Positions 30,550 to 39,966 of a stretch of DNA of 64,000 nt are shown here, one piece after another. This DNA is from Clostridia bacterium (GTDB lineage: Bacteria; Bacillota; Clostridia; Christensenellales; CAG-138): assembly GCA_035399665.1 (NCBI GenBank), contig DAOPJM010000002.1, forward strand, positions 13,484 to 77,483, in the 5' to 3' direction. The notes below the pieces were generated by a model. That model was not told the origin of the DNA. It searched no databases and saw nothing but the letters and a program-made list of their open reading frames with translations. A program made the translations under genes and the position numbers. The first letter of the stretch is position 1. Each line of letters starts with the position of its first letter.

Positions 30550-30996
30550 ATGAACGCTAAGAACAGGTTTTTTGATTTGATAGGCATCGAACGCGGTGAC
30601 GAGGACGATGTTGTTGAAGAAGAAGTTGTAGAGGAACGCGCACCGAGAGCGGAGCGTGAACGCCCACGCAAGCGTGACGCCTCCAACGAGGCGGAGGCCA
30701 TCGAGAACGCTATCCCGAATGCTTCAGCGATGAAGATGGTGGTATACCATCCAATGAGCTATGACGATGCACAGAGCGTGATAGACAATCTCAAGTCGGG
30801 CAGACCTGTAATCGTCAACGTTGAGGAAGTCGATCCTCAGATTGCTCAGCGCATATTTGACTTTTTGACGGGTGCGGTCTATGCTCTAAACGGTAAGGCC
30901 ACAAAAGTTGCCCGCTGTATTTTCGCGTTCTCCCCAAAGAGCGTCGATGTTATCAGCAATGAGCCTGACGAGGGTTACTTCGACGGCAACGTATGA
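30550..30996 (+). CDS. sepF: Cell division protein SepF
   Basis: 148 aa with an acidic N-region and a conserved C-domain (PMSYDDAQSVIDNLKSGRPVIVNV...RIFDFLTGAVYAL). Confidence 0.9.
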   Translation: MNAKNRFFDLIGIERGDEDDVVEEEVVEERAPRAERERPRKRDASNEAEAIENAIPNASAMKMVVYHPMSYDDAQSVIDNLKSGRPVIVNVEEVDPQIAQRIFDFLTGAVYALNGKATKVARCIFAFSPKSVDVISNEPDEGYFDGNV

Positions 30997-31493
30997 TAGT
31001 CAGAGCCGAGGACATTTCCGATAAAGTATTCAGGCGGGCCTTCTTCGGCTATGACATGGAGCAGGTCGATTCCTTTTTGGACGAGGTCATCGATTCGATT
31101 TTGAGGATGCAGACCGAACGAAAGGAAATGACCGAGACAATAAACAGGCTGTCGGACAGAGTGGAACAGCTAAAGGCTGAACCTCCAAGGTCGGTAGACA
31201 GCTTGCCAGAAAGCCCCATTGTGTCGAAAAAAAGAGTTGTATACGAAGCCAGGCCAAAGGACGAAGCACCGGATACCTTTGAAGAGGCAAAAAAGGCTGA
31301 ACCGCCTGCCGAGCGTGAGAGAAGGGTTGAGCCTAAGGCGGCTGTTGACACGATGAGTCCAAGTAGACCTATGCCTTCGACAGTTCATACAAACCCGGGC
31401 GACGACCTAAGCAGCACGAACCTTGCGGGGGATATTGAGGATATTGACGATTCCGAGGATGTCGGTGAATCCGAGGACATAGGGCGAAAATGA
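30993..31493 (+). CDS. DivIVA-domain protein
   Basis: 166 aa with an N-terminal DivIVA lipid-binding domain motif (FRRAFFGYDMEQVDSFLDEV), a coiled coil and an acidic tail. Confidence 0.8.
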   Translation: MIVRAEDISDKVFRRAFFGYDMEQVDSFLDEVIDSILRMQTERKEMTETINRLSDRVEQLKAEPPRSVDSLPESPIVSKKRVVYEARPKDEAPDTFEEAKKAEPPAERERRVEPKAAVDTMSPSRPMPSTVHTNPGDDLSSTNLAGDIEDIDDSEDVGESEDIGRK

Positions 31494-33322
31494 CAAGCAG
31501 GAAACCAATAACAAGCATACCGCCTCTTTCGGGAGGAGACAACAAGTCCCCAACAGCGCGGGGGCTTGATTTTGTTTTCGTAAGCGGAGACGCGTATGTG
31601 GATCATCCGAGCTTTTGCACCGCGATAATTTCAAGGGTTTTACAAAGCATGGGCTACTCGGTCGGGGTTATAGCGCAGCCTGATTGGCACGGTATTGACG
31701 ATTTTAAGGCATTCGGAGCGCCGAAGCTTGCTTTTCTCGTCAGCGCTGGCAACATAGATTCGATGGTCAATCATTATACCGCGGCAAAGCGCAGACGCAG
31801 CGAGGACGTTTACAGCGAGGGCGGGAGGGGCGACACTCGCCCTGACAGAGCAACGGTAGTCTATTCAAACAGAATAAGGCAGGCATACCCGCATGTACCG
31901 ATAATTATCGGCGGGATAGAGGCAAGCCTCCGACGCTTCGCGCATTACGATTATTGGGACGATAAGGTCAGGCATTCGATACTTTACGATTCGGGAGCGG
32001 ACATGCTTGTTTACGGCATGGGCGAAAACCCTATCGTTGAGATAGCCGAGCGCTTGGATGAAGGAAAGGACATAAAGGAGCTTACGCACATTCGCGGTAC
32101 TTGCATACGCACAAGTGATGAGGACGAGGTGCGGGATTGCATCAAGCTGCACTCTTTCACCGAAGTTGCGACAAACAAGCGTATGTACGCTGAAGCGTTC
32201 AAGCAGCAGGCACATGAACAGGACGCGGTGAGGGGTAAGCGGCTGTGCCAAGCGCATGAGAAGGGGTATTTAGTGGCAAATCCGCCACAGCAGCCCATGA
32301 GCAGCGACGAGCTTGACGCCGTATACGCGCTGCCTTATAGCTACAAGGCGCATCCGCAGTACCATGAGCGCATCCCCGCGTTGGACGAGGTGGAGTTCTC
32401 CCTAACTTCCGTGCGAGGCTGCTATGGCGGCTGCAATTTCTGTGCGCTCACCTTTCATCAAGGAAGGGTGATTCAGGCAAGAAGCCATGATTCCATAGTG
32501 AATGAAGCTGTGAAGATGACGCGCCGCGAGGGATTCAAGGGCTATATTCATGACGTCGGAGGGCCTACCGCAAACTTTAGGCAGCCTGCTTGCCCCAAAC
32601 AGCTGAAAAGCGGCGTGTGTCCCGACAGACAATGCATTGGCTACAAGCCATGTCCAAACCTTGTAGTATCACACGAGGACTATGTGAAGCTCCTTCGACG
32701 GCTCAGAAGCATAAAAGGGGTAAAGAAGGTATTTGTGCGTTCGGGGATACGCTACGACTATGTGCTGTATGACAAGGATGACAGCTTCTTGGAGGAGCTG
32801 TGCAGATATCACGTCAGCGGACAGCTCAAGATAGCTCCGGAGCATATCTCGGAACGAACGCTATACTACATGAACAAGCCAAGCCATGAGCTGTATGAGC
32901 GCTTTCTTGAAAAGTATGATGAGATGAATCAGCGGATAGGCAAGCAACAGTATGTAGTGCCTTATCTGATGAGTTCACATCCGGGGTGTGGGCTTTGGGA
33001 GGCTGTCGAGCTTGCGGTGTATCTGAAAAAAAGCGGGCATAAGCCGCAGCAGGTTCAGGATTTCTACCCCACGCCGGGTACCGTGTCAACCTGCATGTTT
33101 TACACAGGGCTTGATCCGAGGACGATGCAGGAGGTATACGTTCCCCGGACAGAGGAGGAGAAGCGTATGCAGCGTGCGCTCATGCAGTACTATCTTCCGT
33201 CAAACTTTGCCGCGATAAGGAAGGCGCTCAAGGCTTGCGGCAGGGAGGATCTCATCGGATACGGCAGAGAGCATCTTGTTCCGCCGGCAAAGGCGCAAGC
33301 TAATCGGCAGAACAGGCGATAG
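31490..33322 (+). CDS. ygiQ: YgiQ-family radical SAM protein (UPF0313)
   Basis: 610 aa with a CYGGCNFC radical-SAM cluster motif and an N-terminal YgiQ-type domain. Confidence 0.85.
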   Translation: MTSRKPITSIPPLSGGDNKSPTARGLDFVFVSGDAYVDHPSFCTAIISRVLQSMGYSVGVIAQPDWHGIDDFKAFGAPKLAFLVSAGNIDSMVNHYTAAKRRRSEDVYSEGGRGDTRPDRATVVYSNRIRQAYPHVPIIIGGIEASLRRFAHYDYWDDKVRHSILYDSGADMLVYGMGENPIVEIAERLDEGKDIKELTHIRGTCIRTSDEDEVRDCIKLHSFTEVATNKRMYAEAFKQQAHEQDAVRGKRLCQAHEKGYLVANPPQQPMSSDELDAVYALPYSYKAHPQYHERIPALDEVEFSLTSVRGCYGGCNFCALTFHQGRVIQARSHDSIVNEAVKMTRREGFKGYIHDVGGPTANFRQPACPKQLKSGVCPDRQCIGYKPCPNLVVSHEDYVKLLRRLRSIKGVKKVFVRSGIRYDYVLYDKDDSFLEELCRYHVSGQLKIAPEHISERTLYYMNKPSHELYERFLEKYDEMNQRIGKQQYVVPYLMSSHPGCGLWEAVELAVYLKKSGHKPQQVQDFYPTPGTVSTCMFYTGLDPRTMQEVYVPRTEEEKRMQRALMQYYLPSNFAAIRKALKACGREDLIGYGREHLVPPAKAQANRQNRR

Positions 33323-33410
33323 ACTATGGGATAATAATACGGTTTTGCCGAGAGTGGAAAATATATGCCGTACTTTGGAAGGAATATCGGCAAACTTGTC
33401 AAGATTTAGG

Positions 33411-33439
33411 TTGACAAACGCAAACAAAATATGTAAAAT
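33411..33439 (+). promoter_or_regulatory. Sigma-70-type promoter for yceD-rpmF
   Basis: TTGACA (33411-33416), a 17-nt spacer, then TAAAAT (33434-33439). Confidence 0.6.
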
Positions 33440-33463
33440 ACCATTTGGCTTAAGGAGTAGATT

Positions 33464-33973
33464 ATGGAGATTTCGGTGAACCGAGCATTGAAGCTTGTTG
33501 GGGAGGTATTTCCCTTCTCATGGAGCGGCATGCTTGACGACATCGAGTTCAACGGCGCCACGGTTCACTTTACCGACGAGGCAAGCTTGAACGGCGTATT
33601 CTCGTTTGACGGCAAGGCCTTCACGGTGTCCGGCAATTTCACGGGACACTATTTTGCAAGGTGTGCGCGCTGCGACCTTCCGTTCACGGATGTGATAAGC
33701 TTTGATTTTTCGGAGCGGTTCATAAGGTCGGGCGTCCAAAATGACGAGGAAAGCTACGAATACTGCGGGGACAGCATCGATCTTTTGCAGGCGGTTACGG
33801 ACAATATGCTTTTGAACCTGCCGCTTGTCAATGTTTGCAGCGAAGACTGCAAGGGGTTGTGCCCAAAGTGCGGAGTGAATCTGAACAAAGAAACATGCAG
33901 CTGCTCTATGGTCAACTGCAACAGCCCATTCTCTGTGCTGCTGCAGCTGCAGAACGAAGATAAGGAGGTGTAA
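33464..33973 (+). CDS. yceD: YceD (DUF177) 23S rRNA accumulation protein
   Basis: 169 aa with Cys pairs (CARC ... CPKCG). Its position immediately upstream of rpmF is conserved. Confidence 0.85.
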   Translation: MEISVNRALKLVGEVFPFSWSGMLDDIEFNGATVHFTDEASLNGVFSFDGKAFTVSGNFTGHYFARCARCDLPFTDVISFDFSERFIRSGVQNDEESYEYCGDSIDLLQAVTDNMLLNLPLVNVCSEDCKGLCPKCGVNLNKETCSCSMVNCNSPFSVLLQLQNEDKEV

Positions 33974-33975
33974 TC

Positions 33976-34170
33976 ATGGCAGTACCGAAGAGAAAAACAT
34001 CCAAAGCAAGGAGAGACTCCCGCAGGTCGAGCAATTTCGTGCTTGAACAGCCGAACCTTTCCGAATGCCCGCAGTGCCACGAGCTGAAGCCCTCGCATAC
34101 CGTATGCAAGAGCTGCGGTTATTATGATGGCGAGCAGGTCATTAAAAAGGACGATAAGGCGAAGAAGTAA
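33976..34170 (+). CDS. rpmF: 50S ribosomal protein L32
   Basis: 64 aa with MAVPKRKTSKARRDSRR and a CPQC...CKSCG zinc ribbon. Confidence 0.97.
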   Translation: MAVPKRKTSKARRDSRRSSNFVLEQPNLSECPQCHELKPSHTVCKSCGYYDGEQVIKKDDKAKK

Positions 34171-34191
34171 TTAGAGCCATGTCAAGTTTTA

Positions 34192-34242
34192 CCGATCCTG
34201 AGGCTTTCGCGTTATACAAAAAGGCGAGAGCTTTAGGATCGG
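34192..34242 (+). other. Long strand-specific RNA hairpin in the rpmF-plsX spacer
   Basis: The stem is 19 uninterrupted base pairs (16 Watson-Crick plus 3 G.U), pairing 34192-34210 with 34224-34242, with a 13-nt loop. No U-tract follows. Confidence 0.6.
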
Positions 34243-34306
34243 CGTTGGCTTACACAAAATTTAGAGGCGGCAGCGCCGCTTTATGGAGTTGGAGGAATAC
34301 GACGTC

Positions 34307-35320
34307 ATGCGATTGGCGATAGATGTAATGGGCGGCGATAATGCCCCCGAGGCCGTGATGTCGGGAGTATCCGGCGCGCTTAAGCTTGTGGGCGAGGACG
34401 CGCATTTTCTACTTTTCGGCGATGAGAAGTTAATCAAAGACAGTATTCGGGAGTTGAACATAGATTCCGCACGCTGCAGTGTGTTTGCGACTACCGAGCT
34501 TATCGAGTGTGACGAAGCGCCGGTGATGGCGATACGCCGCAAGAAGGATTCGTCCATCGTTCGCGCAATCAAAGCAGTAGCGGACGGGGATGCGGACTGT
34601 GTGCTGTCCGCGGGAAGCTCAGGGGCATTGCTTGCGGGAGCAACACTGATAATCAAGCGCCAAAGGGGAGTAAAACGTCCCGCCCTTGCGCCGCTGTTGC
34701 CCACATCGACAGGCGGAAGGGTTCTGCTTATTGACTGCGGAGCAAATACAGATTGTAAGCCCGGGTATCTTTTGCAGTTTGCGCTGATGGGTACGGAGTA
34801 TATGCGCGGCGTTTTAGGGGTAGATAACCCGAGAGTAGGTCTTTTGAACAATGGAGCTGAGGCCGAGAAGGGCAACGAGCTTACCAAGGCCACATATCCA
34901 AGGCTCTCAGCGCTGAACGGCGTCAACTTCATAGGCAATGTTGAGGCCAGAGACGTGTTGACGGGCTGCTGTGACGTAGTTGTCTGCGATGGGTTCGACG
35001 GCAACATTCTCCTAAAGGCCAGCGAGGGTATGGCTTCGGCCATGAACAAGCTTCTAAAGACAGAGCTGCTTAGCGGTTTCTTCACGAAAATAGGGGCATT
35101 GCTTGCAAAGCCCGCGTTTGTGCGCGTGAAGAAACGTATGGACTACACCGAGCACGGCGGAGCGCCTTTACTTGGGGTCAATGGCGGGGTCATTAAGGCT
35201 CACGGAAGCTCTGACGCCAAGGCGATAATGAACGCCATACTTCAGGCGGAAAGGCTTATCAAGTCCAACGTCGTCGAAATTATCGGCAAAACCGTATCCG
35301 ACGCCCTTATTGAAGATTGA
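34307..35320 (+). CDS. plsX: Phosphate acyltransferase PlsX
   Basis: N-terminus MRLAIDVMGGDNAP. GGAGGA lies 10 nt upstream of the ATG at 34307. The track start at 34283 has a poorer RBS. Confidence 0.93.
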   Translation: MRLAIDVMGGDNAPEAVMSGVSGALKLVGEDAHFLLFGDEKLIKDSIRELNIDSARCSVFATTELIECDEAPVMAIRRKKDSSIVRAIKAVADGDADCVLSAGSSGALLAGATLIIKRQRGVKRPALAPLLPTSTGGRVLLIDCGANTDCKPGYLLQFALMGTEYMRGVLGVDNPRVGLLNNGAEAEKGNELTKATYPRLSALNGVNFIGNVEARDVLTGCCDVVVCDGFDGNILLKASEGMASAMNKLLKTELLSGFFTKIGALLAKPAFVRVKKRMDYTEHGGAPLLGVNGGVIKAHGSSDAKAIMNAILQAERLIKSNVVEIIGKTVSDALIED

Positions 35321-35395
35321 CAAACGGGGAAGCTTACTATAAAATATAACATGAAGTTCGTGAAACAGCGAACAATATGAAAGGCGGTTTATTAT

Positions 35396-35617
35396 ATGTT
35401 CGAGACCATTCGTGATATTATTGCAAAGCAGTTGGACCTTGACCCGGAGAGCATCACTCCCGAGAGCCGTCTGCTCGAGGATCTTCATGCCGACTCCCTT
35501 GACATAGTTGAGTTCATCACAACCATGGAATCCGAGTTTGACATCGACGTCCCCGAAGACGCGATCAACACCATCCACACCGTTGGCGACGCAGTAAAGC
35601 TTCTTGACAAGAAGTAA
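35396..35617 (+). CDS. acpP: Acyl carrier protein
   Basis: 73 aa with the phosphopantetheine site LHADSLDIVEF. Confidence 0.95.
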   Translation: MFETIRDIIAKQLDLDPESITPESRLLEDLHADSLDIVEFITTMESEFDIDVPEDAINTIHTVGDAVKLLDKK

Positions 35618-35668
35618 TACGGCTCACTGCGACCTGCGGGACTTGCTGTCATTACAGATTTTTGAATG

Positions 35669-35697
35669 ATCCGCATCGCTTTTGATGCGGATTTTTT
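35669..35697 (+). terminator. Intrinsic terminator after acpP
   Basis: ATCCGCATC-gctttt-GATGCGGAT forms a 9-bp stem running into TTTTTT. Confidence 0.8.
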
Positions 35698-35701
35698 AGA
35701 T

Positions 35702-36409
35702 ATGGAGAGGCGATATCAGGTGAACAAGTATTCCATCCTTGAAGACGCGATAGGTTATCATTTTAACGACATTACCCTGCTTGAACGCGCTCTGACACAC
35801 TCGTCCTATGCCGCGGCGAACAGAAAAAGCGAAGGCGACAACGAGCGTATGGAGTTCTTGGGCGACGCGGTATTGGAGCTTTGCGTTTCCGAAGCTCTTT
35901 ACTTCGGGCACGACACGGCAAGCGAGGGCGTCCTGACGAGGGCAAGGGCGAGCTTAGTCTGTGAATCGGCGCTCTTTGAAGCGGCTTCAAGGCTGAACCT
36001 CTCAAAGTGGCTGTTCATCGCAAGCTCTGAGGAATCCACGGGCGGAAGGCTGCGCCACTCCATAAATGCCGACGCTTTTGAGGCTGTGATTTGCGCTGTA
36101 TACATGGACGGCGGTATCGAGAAAGCGAAGGAATTCATTACCCGAACCGTACTCAAAGACGCTGAGCAGAGCTTTGACAAGGATGCGGGAGAGGATTACA
36201 AAACGCAGCTTCAGGAGTATATTCAAAGGCATTACTCAGGCGCAAAGCCGGAGTATATCGTGACGGAGGAGCTTGGCCCGGCGCACAGCAAGACCTTCAC
36301 CGTGAACGCGGTTTTTATGGGAAGGGTCTTGGGCAGCGGAAGCGGTGCAACCAAAAAAGCGGCGGGACAGGCCGCGGCAAGGCAGGCTTTGGAGAGCCTG
36401 AAAGCATGA
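35702..36409 (+). CDS. rnc: Ribonuclease III
   Basis: It carries the signature ERMEFLGDAVLE and a C-terminal dsRBD. The start is either ATG 35702 or the in-frame GTG 35720, which has GGAGAGG 9 nt upstream. The track start at 35666 lies inside the acpP terminator. Confidence 0.9.
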   Translation: MERRYQVNKYSILEDAIGYHFNDITLLERALTHSSYAAANRKSEGDNERMEFLGDAVLELCVSEALYFGHDTASEGVLTRARASLVCESALFEAASRLNLSKWLFIASSEESTGGRLRHSINADAFEAVICAVYMDGGIEKAKEFITRTVLKDAEQSFDKDAGEDYKTQLQEYIQRHYSGAKPEYIVTEELGPAHSKTFTVNAVFMGRVLGSGSGATKKAAGQAAARQALESLKA

Positions 36410-36417
36410 AGTAACAG

Positions 36418-39400
36418 ATGAGATTAACCGGGCTTGAATTGCAGGGCTTCAAATCCTTTGCAAAGAAAACCGAATTACAGTTTGGCGATGGGCTAACGGC
36501 CATCGTGGGGCCAAATGGCAGCGGAAAGAGCAACATCTCCGATGCCATCCGTTGGGTTTTGGGCGAACAAAGCCCGAAGGCCTTGCGTGGCTCCAGGATG
36601 GATGACGTAATTTTCAATGGTACGCAGAAGCGGCGTGCGCAGTCGTTCTGCGAGGTCACACTTACCTTTGACAACTCCGACAGCGTACTGAATTCCGATT
36701 ACGCCGAGCTGTCGATAACAAGGCGAGCATTCAGAAACGGCGGAAGCGAGTATTCCATGAACGGCACGCAATGCCGCCTAATGGACATACAGGAGCTGTT
36801 CCGCGATACCGGTATAGGCAAGGACGGCTACTCTATAATCAGCCAAGGACGCGTTGACGAGATTCTGTCTGGAAAGTCGGGGGACAGAAGGCTTGCTCTT
36901 GAGGAGGCGGCGGGCGTAATGCGCTACCGCACCCGTAAGGAGGACGCCGAACGCAGGCTTACGGCCTCCGAGAAGAACATGGAACGCATAGGCGATATCA
37001 TGTCGGAGCTTGTATCGCAGGTTGAGCCGCTCAAAATCCAGAGTGAAAAGGCGATGGAATACCTCAAGCTCAATGAGGAGCTTAGGGATCTCGACGTCAA
37101 TATGTTCCTGTACCAATGCGGAAGAAACACGGAAAAGACGACTGAGATTTCGGCTTCTCTTAGGAGCGTGGGCGAACATATTACGGAGAATGAACGCAGC
37201 AGCGCCGGTTTGCTTGAAAGCTGCAACGAGCTTGATCTCAAGATTCACGAGTTTGATGAGAGAATCAGCGCACAGCAAGCGCAGCTTATAAGCATCACAA
37301 CAGCGGCCGAGCAGAGCATGGGCGACTATCGGCTTTTGGGCGAGCGCAAAGCCAACGCCGAGCGGGAGCTGGAGCGTCTTATGACCGAACGCCCGAACAT
37401 GGAGACAAAGCTTGCAGCAATTGTGGACAGGCTGAAGGCTTCCGATGCATTTGACGAAAGCTCCATTCTTGAGATAAAGACCGAGATTGACAAGGTCAAG
37501 GGCGAGCTTGACAACATGGATAAGCGCATTGAGGAGCTTGAAGCGTTAATCGAATCCATGAAGAACGCCATGATGGAGGAGATGAATCGCCAGTCGGACG
37601 CAAGGGTCAGCGCGACCCGCTACGATGCAATGCTCAGTTCTTTAAGCAACCGCTTGGAGGCTTTGGCACAGGAGAAAAGCAACACCGAGCGCAGGCGGGA
37701 GCAGTTTGAAGCGGAGTTTGAGCTTGCTAAGGCGGAGCAAGCCGAGATTGAGGGGCGCATAGCGGGCTTCAAGTCCGAATTGGACGCCGCCATCGCAAGG
37801 TGCGGCATGCTGGAGCGCGACATTTCGGGCAATTCAGAGAGCAGAAGCAAAGCCGAACAGCACAGAAGCGAGGCTATATCAAGGCTGAACCTGCTGAAGG
37901 AGATGAAGCGCTCACGCGAGGGCTATCAAAACAGTGTAAGGCTGCTTATGCGCGACGCCGAAAGCGACAGGGAACTTGCTTCGCACATAATTGGCGCGGT
38001 TGCGGAGCTTATAGATGTACCGGCTCAGTTTGAGATTGCCATAAGCATGGCTTTGGGCGGAGCGCTGCAAAACATTGTCACCGACAATTCAGATGACGCG
38101 AAGGCAATAATCAACTATGTGCGCGTAAAGGATTACGGAAGAATAACAGTACTACCGCAGAGTATGCTTTCGTCAAGGTCGATAGCTCCGAAGGACAGGG
38201 AGCTGTTGAACGCAAAAGGCTGTCTCGGGCTTGCAGGCGAGCTTATCGCTTGTGACGAACGAGCAAGGACAGCGATAGACCATCTTCTGGGCGGAATAGC
38301 GGTTGTAAGCGACCTTGACAGCGGCGTTACCCTGAAGAAGCGTTACTCGCCTTCGCTTGATATGGTGACCCTGCAGGGAGACTACATCAGCAAGGGCGGC
38401 GCGATGACGGGCGGCAGTGTGAAGAACCGTGACAGCATACTCGGACGAGACAGGGAGATTTCCACTCTTGGCGCCGCCATAAAAAAGGATGATAAGCTCC
38501 TGCTTGAGATAACGGACAAGGCTGCCGAATTAAAAAAGCAGATAATGCTTGCGGACGTACAGGTTAACGGCTTTAGGCAGACAATGCACGACTGTGAGCT
38601 GGAGCTTGCGGCGCATCGCGAGAAGCTCGGCATTATTGAGCGCGACGGGGAGAATGCGACAGAGCATCTTAAGGGTCTTGAGGACGAGCGGATTGATATA
38701 CTGGAAAGCATTCAAGACGTTAAGACAAGGCGCGAGCAGTCAGTAAAAAAGCAGGATGATTCGGAAAAAGCAAACATAGCGACACGAGAGGATATCATCA
38801 AAAAGCAGCACAGCTTGAGCGAGCTTAGGCGTGAGCGCGAGAACGTAATGGCTAAGCTTACTGAACTGAAGGTCAAGTCAGCCGCGGAGGAGAGAGAGGC
38901 TTTGTCAAGAAACGCCGAGAGAAAGCGTCTCGAAGGCGAGAAGGACGAGCTTGAGAAGCAGCTTATCGATAATGCGGAGAAGCTGAAGCGTCAGAATGCC
39001 GATATTGCCGAGTGTGACAGACTGCGCGCGAAGATGGAAGCTGATATCAATCAGACTAAGTCAAAGGCTCAGAGCGCTCATGAGCTGCAGCGCGGGCTTG
39101 AGAGCGAACGCAGCGAGCTTATGGACAGACTCAGAGACCACAGACTTGAGCGCGAAGAGCTGATAACAACTCACAAAACCCTGGACGAACAGCGCTATAA
39201 GCTTGAGATGGGCTTAGATAGGCTAAAGAGCGAATTGGAAGCCCTGCATGACAGACTTTGGGAGAATTATGAGATAACCTACGAGTCTGCCGAAGCGTTC
39301 CGACACGAGATTGCGGTACAGGCGACAGGCAACAGGATAAACGCTTTGAAGACCGCGATTCGCGCCCTTGGAAGCATCAACGCCGACGCGCCCGAGGACT

Positions 39401-39966
39401 ATCGCAGGCTGAATGAAAGGTATACGGAGCTGACGCGCCAGTATGACGATCTGACCGCTGCCGTGGAGGATCTAAAGAAGCTGATCGCGGAGCTTACGCA
39501 CACGATGGAAGCGGTGTTCAGCGAGGAATTTGGCAAGGTCAGGAAGAATTTTAACGAGGTTTTCACGCAGCTGTTCGGCGGCGGCTATGCCGAGCTGAAG
39601 CTTACGGACGAAAAAGACGTCCTAAACTGCGAAATTGAGATTATCGCTCAGCCGCCGGGAAAGAAGCTGCAATTGCTGTCCCTGCTTTCGGGAGGAGAAC
39701 GTGCGATGACCGCGATAGCTTTGCTGTTCGCGATGCTGCAGCTCAAGGCTCCCGCGTTCTGCGTGCTTGACGAGATAGAGACATCGTTGGACGAGGAGAA
39801 TGTGGACAAATTTGCAAGCTTTATCAAGGCATACTCCGAAGATACTCAGTTCATACTGATAACACATAGAAAGGGCAGCATGGCCGCGTGCGATACGCTC
39901 TACGGCGCGGTGATGGAGGAAAAGGGCGTAACAAGCATAGTTTCCGCAAGATTTGAGGAGGCATAG
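36418..39966 (+). CDS. smc: Chromosome segregation protein SMC
   Basis: 1182 aa with Walker A GPNGSGKSN, a long coiled coil with hinge, the signature LLSGGE and Walker B CVLDEIE. Confidence 0.97.
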   Translation: MRLTGLELQGFKSFAKKTELQFGDGLTAIVGPNGSGKSNISDAIRWVLGEQSPKALRGSRMDDVIFNGTQKRRAQSFCEVTLTFDNSDSVLNSDYAELSITRRAFRNGGSEYSMNGTQCRLMDIQELFRDTGIGKDGYSIISQGRVDEILSGKSGDRRLALEEAAGVMRYRTRKEDAERRLTASEKNMERIGDIMSELVSQVEPLKIQSEKAMEYLKLNEELRDLDVNMFLYQCGRNTEKTTEISASLRSVGEHITENERSSAGLLESCNELDLKIHEFDERISAQQAQLISITTAAEQSMGDYRLLGERKANAERELERLMTERPNMETKLAAIVDRLKASDAFDESSILEIKTEIDKVKGELDNMDKRIEELEALIESMKNAMMEEMNRQSDARVSATRYDAMLSSLSNRLEALAQEKSNTERRREQFEAEFELAKAEQAEIEGRIAGFKSELDAAIARCGMLERDISGNSESRSKAEQHRSEAISRLNLLKEMKRSREGYQNSVRLLMRDAESDRELASHIIGAVAELIDVPAQFEIAISMALGGALQNIVTDNSDDAKAIINYVRVKDYGRITVLPQSMLSSRSIAPKDRELLNAKGCLGLAGELIACDERARTAIDHLLGGIAVVSDLDSGVTLKKRYSPSLDMVTLQGDYISKGGAMTGGSVKNRDSILGRDREISTLGAAIKKDDKLLLEITDKAAELKKQIMLADVQVNGFRQTMHDCELELAAHREKLGIIERDGENATEHLKGLEDERIDILESIQDVKTRREQSVKKQDDSEKANIATREDIIKKQHSLSELRRERENVMAKLTELKVKSAAEEREALSRNAERKRLEGEKDELEKQLIDNAEKLKRQNADIAECDRLRAKMEADINQTKSKAQSAHELQRGLESERSELMDRLRDHRLEREELITTHKTLDEQRYKLEMGLDRLKSELEALHDRLWENYEITYESAEAFRHEIAVQATGNRINALKTAIRALGSINADAPEDYRRLNERYTELTRQYDDLTAAVEDLKKLIAELTHTMEAVFSEEFGKVRKNFNEVFTQLFGGGYAELKLTDEKDVLNCEIEIIAQPPGKKLQLLSLLSGGERAMTAIALLFAMLQLKAPAFCVLDEIETSLDEENVDKFASFIKAYSEDTQFILITHRKGSMAACDTLYGAVMEEKGVTSIVSARFEEA

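Noticed and set aside
33344-33394. 8-bp inverted repeat TTTGCCGA / TCGGCAAA after ygiQ
   Set aside because: It has a 35-nt loop and no U-tract, which is too weak to call a terminator or element.
34261-35085. 274-aa minus-strand ORF
   Set aside because: It is antisense to plsX, and its Ser/Pro/Ala-rich composition marks a shadow frame.
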